56,169 nucleotides of DNA, taken from assembly GCA_046590195.1 (NCBI GenBank), contig JBKJTP010000084.1, forward strand, positions 1 to 56,169. The letters are read 5' to 3'. Positions within the stretch are counted from its first letter, which is position 1, and every line of letters begins with the position of its first letter. The position numbers and the translations under genes were made by a program. The stretch comes from Candidatus Kapaibacterium sp. GTDB taxonomy: Bacteria; Bacteroidota; Ignavibacteria; Palsa-1295. Below are positions 8,794 to 15,815 of the stretch, in pieces. Below the pieces are notes generated by a model, which worked only from the letters and a program-made list of their open reading frames with translations, made no database searches and was not told the DNA's origin.

Positions 8794-9275
8794 TGACTAC
8801 GAAATTCACTGACACGCAGAAGGAAATGCTTGCCCATTTCAAGGCTTGCAAGGGTCGCGGAGTTTATAACCAGACCGACCGCCGTGCCGGTTGTACTACA
8901 TTTCTAGCTATTCAGGCAATCGCCGAGGTGCTTCGCACCGGTCAGGACGTAGCATTTGTAACAGACTTACCCAAGGAGTTTTTCACCGACATCATTGTTA
9001 AGTCCGCTGAGAAATGGTTCATGATGAAGGCAACAAGGTCGCCACATCAGTATGTGCAAATTGGAGACCGCCGCATAGACCTTCTGCATGTCGGATTTGA
9101 TATAGACCGTATCATGGGGAAGACTTACGGTGCAGCGTTTGCTGAGATTTGGACAAACGCTAATCATGATAGTCCTCTCAGATGGAAACGTTTACATGCG
9201 TTCGAGGCGATACAGAGTTCTCTCTATGGATTGAACTTTGAAGATAAGGTCTTCTATAGACTATTCGGTCACTAA
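8793..9275 (+). CDS. hypothetical protein, possibly a degenerate P-loop
   Basis: DRRAGCTTFLAIQAI loosely resembles the ARQTGKTE..AFLL Walker A region of TerL. Weak. Confidence 0.45.
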   Translation: MTTKFTDTQKEMLAHFKACKGRGVYNQTDRRAGCTTFLAIQAIAEVLRTGQDVAFVTDLPKEFFTDIIVKSAEKWFMMKATRSPHQYVQIGDRRIDLLHVGFDIDRIMGKTYGAAFAEIWTNANHDSPLRWKRLHAFEAIQSSLYGLNFEDKVFYRLFGH

Positions 9276-9296
9276 GCGACACTCGAAAAAAGCCTT

Positions 9297-9330
9297 CATA
9301 AATAATGCCTTAGACAACTAGGGCATTATT
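9297..9330 (+). promoter_or_regulatory. CATAAATA box overlapping a 9-bp hairpin plus T-run, immediately upstream of the ATG at 9334
   Basis: CATAAATA at 9297-9304. AATAATGCC (9301-9309) pairs with GGCATTATT (9322-9330), followed by TTT and ATG. Confidence 0.5.
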
Positions 9331-9333
9331 TTT

Positions 9334-10101
9334 ATGGCTGATTATACTCAAGAGATTATTGAAGAGTGTCACGCTTGCGAGCGCAACCCGCTGTATTTCA
9401 TAGACAAATACGTTAAAATTCAAAGCAGTCGCGGTCAGATACCACTTACGCTATATCCAGCGCAGGCCAATTGCGTTGAGTCATTCGGCAGAGAGCCGCG
9501 AGTCGTCATCGCTACCCAACGCCAGCTTGGGATGACTTCTGTATTCACGGCCTATCTGCTGTGGTACTTGATATTCAATAAGGACAAGACTGCCGGTCTT
9601 GTCCTTCCTCGACTGCAAATGGTGCATGAATACATTCGCATATTCTATGAGATGTATGAATTATTGCCGGACTGGATGCGTCCGGGGATTGAAGAGCGTA
9701 CCAAGTCCTCTATTCGACTGAGCAACAACGCTCGTCTTATCACCTCTACGGCCGGGTCGAATACATTCAAAGGTAGGACTATTAACCTCTTGGTATGGGA
9801 CTTGGTTGGCTTTGGTCGGTATACCGATGAAGAATGCTTCCTCAACGAAATCTATCCTTGCATGTCCATCCCGGCTGGACAAATCATTATGTGTGGGAGT
9901 GGTCGCCCAGACGATACGCCAAACTTCTTAACGCAGGTTTACCTATCCGGACTGGTCGGTGGAACTTTCTATCCTATTCAATTGCGTTGGTGGGATAACC
10001 CATCGCTGACCCGCAAGTGGAAAGCAAAGCAGATAGAAGTTATCGGTGAAGAGCAATTCAAGTGGGAATACGAGTCTATTATCCTACCGTCTCGCCACTA
10101 A
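9334..10101 (+). CDS. terminase large-subunit ATPase-domain paralogue with degenerate Walker A and B motifs
   Basis: Collinear with TerL residues ~30-266. NPLYFIDKYV/DPAYFARNYV; LYPAQ/LYPYQ; ATQRQLGMTS vs SARQTGKTE (Lys lost); ELLPDWMRPGI/EELPNWLKPGI; LLVWDLVGF vs LLYCDEFAF (Glu lost); ends at WEYESI, aligned to QEYE|C, which is the intein insertion point. Confidence 0.6.
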   Translation: MADYTQEIIEECHACERNPLYFIDKYVKIQSSRGQIPLTLYPAQANCVESFGREPRVVIATQRQLGMTSVFTAYLLWYLIFNKDKTAGLVLPRLQMVHEYIRIFYEMYELLPDWMRPGIEERTKSSIRLSNNARLITSTAGSNTFKGRTINLLVWDLVGFGRYTDEECFLNEIYPCMSIPAGQIIMCGSGRPDDTPNFLTQVYLSGLVGGTFYPIQLRWWDNPSLTRKWKAKQIEVIGEEQFKWEYESIILPSRH

Positions 10102-10110
10102 GAGTGCCTC

Positions 10111-11112
10111 ATGGCTAAGAAAAACCCACGCCTAAAGAAATCCGGGACTGTAGAAGAATACACCCCGGAAATGATTGCTGAAATCCGCAAGTGCAAACTT
10201 GACCCGGCGTATTTCGCACGCAATTACGTCATGATTAAGCATGCCAAGCGAGGCAAGATTAAGTTCGCTCTCTATCCGTATCAGGAAGAGATGCTTCAGA
10301 TGTACAAGGACAATCGCTACAACATCATCTTGTCCGCTCGCCAGACCGGTAAGACCGAAACCACCTGTGCCTTCCTACTGTGGTTCGCTATCTTCCATTC
10401 CGACAAGACCATCCTTGTCGTATCCAACAAGTCCTCCAACGCCAAGGAAATGATTGGTAAGATTCAGTATGCCTACGAAGAGCTACCGAACTGGCTGAAG
10501 CCGGGTATCGACGCCGATAGCTGGAACAAGCACGAGTGCAAGTTCGAAAACAAGTCCCGCATCATCGCTCAGGGTACATCTACAGACTCTGGTCGTGGTC
10601 TATCCATCTCTCTACTATACTGCGACGAATTCGCATTCGTCCGGCCGCACATTCAGGCCGAGTTCTGGGACTCCATCTCTCCTACACTGGCGACCGGTGG
10701 TGCGTGTATCATTTCCTCTACGCCGAACGGTGACAGTAACCTGTTCGCTGAACTATGGCGTAAGGCAACGCTGGGCGGGCTGTCTGAAGATGATGCGCCG
10801 TTCAAGTCCAAGCACGTTCCATGGGATGCTCCGCCGGGCCGTGACGAGAAGTTCAAGCGTCAGCAGATTGCCATCCTTGGTGAGCGTAAGTGGCGTCAGG
10901 AGTACGAGTGTGTAACCGGTGACACTATCGTCACGGTTAGGAACAAGGAAACTGGTGAAATAGAGAATCTTGCTATCGCTGAACTTAAGATGCGAATTCT
11001 TATAAATAATCTCCATGAATCGGAGAATATAGTATGTCATGTGTCTACAAACTCACCAGAGCAGATGGTCTTGAATATATCGGGATTACGGTCAATCTGT
11101 CGAAAAGATTGA
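10111..11112 (+). CDS. terL: terminase large subunit, N-terminal ATPase fragment (N-extein, 266 aa) fused to a short N-intein and a read-through tail
   Basis: Walker A SARQTGKTE, Walker B LLYCDEFAF, coupling motif SSTPNG. At Cys267 (nt 10909) the sequence switches to the intein block A pattern CVTGDTIVTV. Confidence 0.85.
   Translation: MAKKNPRLKKSGTVEEYTPEMIAEIRKCKLDPAYFARNYVMIKHAKRGKIKFALYPYQEEMLQMYKDNRYNIILSARQTGKTETTCAFLLWFAIFHSDKTILVVSNKSSNAKEMIGKIQYAYEELPNWLKPGIDADSWNKHECKFENKSRIIAQGTSTDSGRGLSISLLYCDEFAFVRPHIQAEFWDSISPTLATGGACIISSTPNGDSNLFAELWRKATLGGLSEDDAPFKSKHVPWDAPPGRDEKFKRQQIAILGERKWRQEYECVTGDTIVTVRNKETGEIENLAIAELKMRILINNLHESENIVCHVSTNSPEQMVLNISGLRSICRKD
10909..10989 (+). other. 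N-intein fragment (~27 aa, block A only)
   Basis: CVTGDTIVTVRNKETGEIENLAIAELK. Block B (TxxH) is absent here and appears in the downstream ORF. Confidence 0.6.
11001..11008 (+). promoter_or_regulatory. exact T4 late-promoter consensus TATAAATA upstream of the GIY-YIG gene
   Basis: TATAAATA at 11001-11008, followed by the short hairpin TCTCC/GGAGA that contains the SD, then ATG at 11034. Confidence 0.5.
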
Positions 11113-11675
11113 GTGGGCATCGGCGATCAAGACGATTCGCCGATTACCAAATTACTAATGTTGAAATACTATTCACCGGGACGTATGACGAGTGTGATGC
11201 ACTAGAAGAAGGCTACATTACGCAATACGACACCTTTTACAAGGGGTTGAATATGACCAACCGTGGGAAGGGTCGTAATCTTTCGAGCAAGTTCAATACC
11301 TTCGGATACAAATTTAGTGAGAGTAGTCGCAAGAAAATGTCCGAGAAGTCAAAAGCTAGAACAGATCGAAAGACGGGACACAAACATAGTGATGAGGTCA
11401 AGAGACATTGGAGTGATATCAGGCGCGGGAAGGTCTGGGGTCCAATTAAGGTAGACGTTCAGACCCTACTATCTCAATGGGGTGAGTTCGCCCCATCGTT
11501 AGCTGATATGGAGTCCATGGTGGTCTACCGAGATGATAAGGTGTGGTTTAAGAATGGTAGGGAGTTTTCTTATCCAAAGGGTAAACTATCACTGTTCAAA
11601 AGGTTGAAAAGTGTGGAATACGGTGTAACTCCGGAAGCCATCAAAAGGATAATTGTAGATGAACAGCTTGTATGA
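11034..11675 (+). CDS. GIY-YIG homing endonuclease with NUMOD3-like repeats, lying between the two TerL/intein halves
   Basis: CVYKLTRADGLEYIGIT..LSKRLSGHR, E..YI, NMTNRGKG, then G[YH]K[FH]S[ED]..[KR]K.. repeats. A different frame from both TerL fragments; overlaps their ends by 79 and 17 nt. Confidence 0.85.
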   Translation: MSCVYKLTRADGLEYIGITVNLSKRLSGHRRSRRFADYQITNVEILFTGTYDECDALEEGYITQYDTFYKGLNMTNRGKGRNLSSKFNTFGYKFSESSRKKMSEKSKARTDRKTGHKHSDEVKRHWSDIRRGKVWGPIKVDVQTLLSQWGEFAPSLADMESMVVYRDDKVWFKNGREFSYPKGKLSLFKRLKSVEYGVTPEAIKRIIVDEQLV

Positions 11676-11970
11676 AATTCTGACCGAAAATGGTTTTAGA
11701 GACTTTATGACCGTCACTTCAAAGATGACGCCGGGCTACTGTGTCATCACTCTTACCGATGGTGTTGTGGTTAAGTGTACCCAGAGTCACCGATTCAAAG
11801 TAGGGGAGGAATTCGTCGAAGCCCGCGACCTCAAGCTTTCAGACAAGCTGGCACCGACCGGGGTTGGCGTATCGGCCATTGAATACGTTACGGATGAAGT
11901 TGAAGTTTTTGATGTAGTTAATGTAGATGATGGTAATCATTATATCACCAACGGTATAACATCACATAAT
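11659..11970 (+). other. C-intein fragment (104 aa, blocks B, F, G)
   Basis: See the TerL C fragment above. The terminal His-Asn occupies residues 103-104 and Cys is at +1. Confidence 0.7.
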
Positions 11971-12747
11971 TGTGACTTCCTGTCCTCTGACGGTGGCCTC
12001 ATGGATTCTTACGTCATGGGTAGCATCCAAAAGGAAGTCGAGATTATGACTCCTACATTCGTCATTGAGGATGAGGGCGAATTGTACAAATTCTACGCCA
12101 AGATTAATCCGCTATCTACCTACATCATCGGCATAGACCCGGCGACCGGTTCCGGTGTGGATTACAGTGTAATACAATGCTTTGAATTCCCGTCGATGAA
12201 TCAGGTCTTCGAGTATCGTAGTAACGTAATGCGACCGGAAAGTATCTACAAGGTCGTAAAAAAACTAATAGCCTTCATTTCCCAGACCGGTGCGGTGGTA
12301 TACTTCTCGGCTGAGAACAACGGTGTCGGCCAGTCCATTATTTCATTGTACCTGTCCGACGAAACGCCAGCCCCGGCAACCTTCGTATCCGAGGACGGTA
12401 AGGACAAGTACGGCTTCTTCACCAGTCCTCGAAGCAAGATTCGATGCTGTGTCAAGATGAAGAACATGATTGAGAACCGGACCATTAAGCTATCCTCCGA
12501 AACCATGGTCAAGGAGCTAAAGAGCTATGTCCGTAAGGCCGGCTCGTATTGCGCTCAGATTGGTGCTACCGACGACTGCATTGCGGCCTTCCTAATTGTT
12601 ATACGCATCATCGAAGAGATTGCGACGTATGACGAAAAGGCGTACCATATGATGTATCAGTTCGAAGAGCCGGGAGCATGGAAGGATGAGGGTCATCCGG
12701 AGCCGGATTACGGCTACACTATTCCAGTTGAAGCGATGCGCGGATAA
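11659..12747 (+). CDS. terL: terminase large subunit, C-terminal nuclease fragment (C-extein, 258 aa) preceded by a 104-aa C-intein
   Basis: Intein block B LTDGVVVKCTQSHRF, block F VEVFDVVNVDDGNHYITNG, block G ITSHN followed by the +1 Cys (TGT at 11971). The extein then continues CDFLSSDGG... with the RNaseH-like nuclease pattern IIGIDPATGSG. Confidence 0.85.
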   Translation: MNSLYEILTENGFRDFMTVTSKMTPGYCVITLTDGVVVKCTQSHRFKVGEEFVEARDLKLSDKLAPTGVGVSAIEYVTDEVEVFDVVNVDDGNHYITNGITSHNCDFLSSDGGLMDSYVMGSIQKEVEIMTPTFVIEDEGELYKFYAKINPLSTYIIGIDPATGSGVDYSVIQCFEFPSMNQVFEYRSNVMRPESIYKVVKKLIAFISQTGAVVYFSAENNGVGQSIISLYLSDETPAPATFVSEDGKDKYGFFTSPRSKIRCCVKMKNMIENRTIKLSSETMVKELKSYVRKAGSYCAQIGATDDCIAAFLIVIRIIEEIATYDEKAYHMMYQFEEPGAWKDEGHPEPDYGYTIPVEAMRG

Positions 12748-12755
12748 ATAGAAAC

Positions 12756-13298
12756 ATGACTAAGAAAATGCTATCCGTTGACATCGAAGACCTCCTAACC
12801 GAGTCCTCAACCGTTCATCAGTTGAAGTCCAATACCAAGGTTTTCTTTGGTCCCGAGCGTGAACGCAAAGCTGGACAGGTCCAGCTTACGAACGTCGAGT
12901 ACGTTCCGGCCGTTGCTAACGGAATGCTGATAGTAAAGTCCAAGACGCGTAGCTCTGACAAGACCTACGAGACAACCATCCAATTCTCCAAGGTTAAGTT
13001 CGTCAAGCCGGATACGCAGTATGCAGTGCCGGTTGCTACAGGTCAGGAAGAGATGCATATCATGCCGCTGAAGGCTCGTGAGAACGACGTACAGGTGCAT
13101 TGCACTTGCATGGACTTCTACTGGCGCTTCGCTATGCACAATGACCAGAACGATAGCCTCATCGGTAAGCCACCGGCACCCTACGTCAAGAAGACGGACC
13201 GCCCACCTCTGAATCCTGACCGGGTGCCGGGCGCTTGTAAGCACATAGACAAATTAACACAATATCTGTCCATGGAAAGGATATTGAAGCAGGCTTGA
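12756..13298 (+). CDS. SWIM-type zinc-finger protein (function unknown)
   Basis: HCTCMDFYWRF...(long spacer)...GACKHI fits CxC...CxH. GATAAATA at 12743-12750 precedes it. Confidence 0.4.
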   Translation: MTKKMLSVDIEDLLTESSTVHQLKSNTKVFFGPERERKAGQVQLTNVEYVPAVANGMLIVKSKTRSSDKTYETTIQFSKVKFVKPDTQYAVPVATGQEEMHIMPLKARENDVQVHCTCMDFYWRFAMHNDQNDSLIGKPPAPYVKKTDRPPLNPDRVPGACKHIDKLTQYLSMERILKQA

Positions 13299-13324
13299 CA
13301 TCTGTAATGTTACCCGCGTATTAT
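13295..13324 (+). promoter_or_regulatory. sigma70-type (early) promoter
   Basis: TTGACA (13295-13300, embedding the TGA stop of the previous gene), 18-nt spacer, TATTAT (13319-13324). Confidence 0.55.
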
Positions 13325-13346
13325 GGCTCACGTGTTTAGATATGTA

Positions 13347-13353
13347 CTAAATA
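13347..13353 (+). promoter_or_regulatory. late-promoter-like CTAAATA in the gene-32-like leader
   Basis: gtACTAAATAct, inside the longest intergenic region of the window. Confidence 0.35.
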
Positions 13354-13399
13354 CTCTTGTCGGAAGCAATTTCTTCTGACGCCATAGCTGCAAACCTAA

Positions 13400-13439
13400 G
13401 CGTCACCAACTAAGAAATAACAAATGCGTCACCAACTAA
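13400..13439 (+). repeat. two 14-nt direct repeats GCGTCACCAACTAA in the SSB mRNA leader
   Basis: Copies at 13400-13413 and 13426-13439, embedded in an A-rich, structure-poor tract that ends in the SD AAAGAGGAA before the ATG at 13464. Confidence 0.7.
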
Positions 13440-13463
13440 AACAATAACTAAAGAGGAATCAAC

Positions 13464-14546
13464 ATGTCTAAGAAGCCATCTCTGGCCGATATCCGCGCCA
13501 AGTACAAGCAGAAAATCGAAGGAAAGAAGAAAGATTTCGGTAACACCAACAACGATGTATATCCACACTGGAACATCGAAGAAAATGCAACTGCAACGGT
13601 TCGCATTCTACCGGACAAGAACGAAGACAATGAAGACAACTTCTTCATTGAGAAGCTAGAACACAAACTCTCCATCAATGGTAAGGATCGTAAGATTCCT
13701 TGCATCAAGATGTGGGGAGAGAAGTGCCCAATCTGCGAACTTAGCGCCAAGTACTACAAGGCCGACAAGGCTGCTGGCAACAAGGATTCCGTACAGGGTA
13801 AGTACTACTACTTCAAGCGCACCAGCCTGATGAAGGCTCTCATCACCAAAGACCCAATCTCTTACGAGGGCGGCGGTGAATCTGCTGTCGGTCAGGTCAA
13901 GACCCTACAGTTCACCTATCAGCTAATGAATCTCATCAATGCCGCGCTAGCGGAAGAAGATGAAGAGAAGGCGCTGACGGCACTGCCATGGGACTTGGAC
14001 GAGGGTTACAACTTCGTCATCAAGAAGACCAAGCAGGGCGAGTACGATAACTACTCCACCGGTTCGGGTTTCTCGAACAAGGTAACCGGCATTCCGGAGC
14101 AATACCGTGAAGCTGTCGAAGCGGGTATGGTTGACCTGTCCACGCTACTCCCGGCCAATCCCGGTCTGGAAGCGGTCCAGAAGCTACTCGAAGCTCACCT
14201 GAGCGGCGATGATGTCGAGGACGAGGAAGAGGATGACAAGCCGGTCAAGCGGAAGGTAGTGGAAACCGTAGAAGACGATGATGATGTACCTGTAAAGCGT
14301 CGTAAGCCAGTGGTCGAAGAAGAAGCCGAGGAAGAAGCCCCAGTCGCCAAGAAGCGCAAGCCTGTTGTCGAGGAAGAGGAAGAAGAAGCCCCGGTTGTCA
14401 AGAAAAAGAAGCCAGTGGTAGAGGAAGAAGAGGAAGAAGTAGCACCAGTTGTCAAGAAGAAGGTTACGCCAGCACCGGTAGCCGACGATGATGAGGATGA
14501 GGATGCTGCTCTGATTGCCAAGATTCGCGCTCGAAAGAACGCCTAA
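13464..14546 (+). CDS. ssDNA-binding protein, T4 gp32-like, with an expanded Lys/Glu repeat tail
   Basis: Blocks matching remembered gp32: VRILPDKNED (T4 IRFLPSKNDE), Zn site CPICE (T4 CPVCQ), FKRTS, ITKDP, LPWDLDEGYNFVIKK (T4 CPWEGANFVLKVK), NYS.S.F. Acidic C-terminus. Confidence 0.85.
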   Translation: MSKKPSLADIRAKYKQKIEGKKKDFGNTNNDVYPHWNIEENATATVRILPDKNEDNEDNFFIEKLEHKLSINGKDRKIPCIKMWGEKCPICELSAKYYKADKAAGNKDSVQGKYYYFKRTSLMKALITKDPISYEGGGESAVGQVKTLQFTYQLMNLINAALAEEDEEKALTALPWDLDEGYNFVIKKTKQGEYDNYSTGSGFSNKVTGIPEQYREAVEAGMVDLSTLLPANPGLEAVQKLLEAHLSGDDVEDEEEDDKPVKRKVVETVEDDDDVPVKRRKPVVEEEAEEEAPVAKKRKPVVEEEEEEAPVVKKKKPVVEEEEEEVAPVVKKKVTPAPVADDDEDEDAALIAKIRARKNA

Positions 14547-14561
14547 GCAATCGGCCTCAAC

Positions 14562-14589
14562 GAAATGGGGGCAGTGATGCCCCCATTTC
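14562..14589 (+). terminator. intrinsic terminator hairpin
   Basis: GAAATGGGGGCA, loop GTGA, TGCCCCCATTTC: a 12-bp stem followed by T-rich sequence. Confidence 0.75.
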
Positions 14590-14614
14590 TATTACAACCT
14601 ACAGGTAACTAATT

Positions 14615-15763
14615 ATGACTTTTAACATTAAGGCGAAGTTCAAGAAGAACAACGCGAATAGTAGAACTATTTCTACTGATGATCCAACGCCGGATTTTTA
14701 TCTCAATACCGGTAACAAGCTACTAAACAAGATTATCTCTGGTCAATATGACAGAGGTTGGGCTCAGGGGCGCATCGGTGGTATAGCCGGTCTGTCCGGA
14801 GCGGGTAAGTCATTCCTACTCGGTAGTGCCATGGTACAGGCTCAGAAGCAAGGATACTTCATCCTAGTAATCGACGCTGAAAACGCTCTCGATAGTGATT
14901 ACTTGAACGCAATCGGCGTGGACACGGAAAGCGATATGTACTTGCACGTGTCAGTGTCCACATTGAGTGCATGTACCGATTCCGTTCGACAGGTTACAGA
15001 AGATTATCATACGGCTCGGACTAACAAGAAGCTGGACGAAATGCCACGCATTCTAATCCTTATCGACTCTCTGGACTTCCTGTTTACAGATTCTATGATG
15101 AAGCGGTTCGAGGAAGAGAACGAGCTTGGTAGTGACCAAGGTCTTCAGGCTAACAAGACCAAGCAGATGCTGAAGTCTTTCGTTGCTGACCTCAAATTCT
15201 TGCCCGCTGTTATGATTTGCACCAAGCAGGTTTACATTGACCAAGCCCCGAACGCGCAGCCACCGGTCAAGATGTCGGAAGCTGCCAAGTTCGCTTTCAC
15301 ACAGCTACTTCTGGTATCTCGTCTGATGAAAAAGGATGAGAAGTCGAAGGAGAAGTACGTAACCTATAACGGTATCGAGCTTCGAGCATTCGCGTGGAAG
15401 ACGCGTGGATGTAAGCCATTCCAACGCTGCGATCTAGTAATTCCTTACGATGAGGGCATGGACGAATACGAAGGTATGCTTCAGGTAGCTGTCAAGCATG
15501 GTATTGTTGAAGCCGCCGGTTCATGGTACACCTTCGGCGAAACTAAGTGGCAAGGCGCGGACAAGTGGCGCTCGCTTGCCACCACGGTGAAGGAAGAAAT
15601 CTTCCAGCAGATCGTCGAGAAGGACATCAAGACCATCAATGTTACGGAAGGCGAAGATGAGGTTGACGTGGAACTGGGCGGTGTTACCGGACCAAAGAAA
15701 GGCAAGGCGACAAGCGCAGTAGCCAAGCTGAAGGAACGTCTCGCTGATGTTGATGGTGAGTAA
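14615..15763 (+). CDS. uvsX: RecA-family recombinase (UvsX-like)
   Basis: Walker A GLSGAGKSF, Walker B ILILIDSLD. Overall collinear with the remembered T4 UvsX layout. Sits next to the SSB gene. Confidence 0.7.
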   Translation: MTFNIKAKFKKNNANSRTISTDDPTPDFYLNTGNKLLNKIISGQYDRGWAQGRIGGIAGLSGAGKSFLLGSAMVQAQKQGYFILVIDAENALDSDYLNAIGVDTESDMYLHVSVSTLSACTDSVRQVTEDYHTARTNKKLDEMPRILILIDSLDFLFTDSMMKRFEEENELGSDQGLQANKTKQMLKSFVADLKFLPAVMICTKQVYIDQAPNAQPPVKMSEAAKFAFTQLLLVSRLMKKDEKSKEKYVTYNGIELRAFAWKTRGCKPFQRCDLVIPYDEGMDEYEGMLQVAVKHGIVEAAGSWYTFGETKWQGADKWRSLATTVKEEIFQQIVEKDIKTINVTEGEDEVDVELGGVTGPKKGKATSAVAKLKERLADVDGE

Positions 15764-15773
15764 GTTAAACCCC

Positions 15774-15797
15774 GAAGGGCCGGTACGCCGGCCCTTC
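15774..15797 (+). terminator. intrinsic terminator hairpin
   Basis: GAAGGGCCGG, loop TACG, CCGGCCCTTC: a 10-bp GC-rich stem. Confidence 0.7.
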
Positions 15798-15815
15798 AAC
15801 TCTTAGTGTAAATCA

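Noticed and set aside
10241-10915. Alternative-frame + ORFs inside terL (10241-10453, 10536-10733, 10595-10915)
   Set aside because: They are nested in the well-supported TerL ATPase frame. Their products are R/S/P-rich, which is typical of off-frame translation.
10111-12747. The split terL might be an assembly or sequencing artefact or a dead pseudogene
   Set aside because: Both halves are long, intact ORFs. The intein blocks A, B, F and G, the terminal His-Asn and the +1 Cys are all preserved. The intervening endonuclease gene has its own promoter and RBS. This pattern is that of a functional split intein, not random decay.
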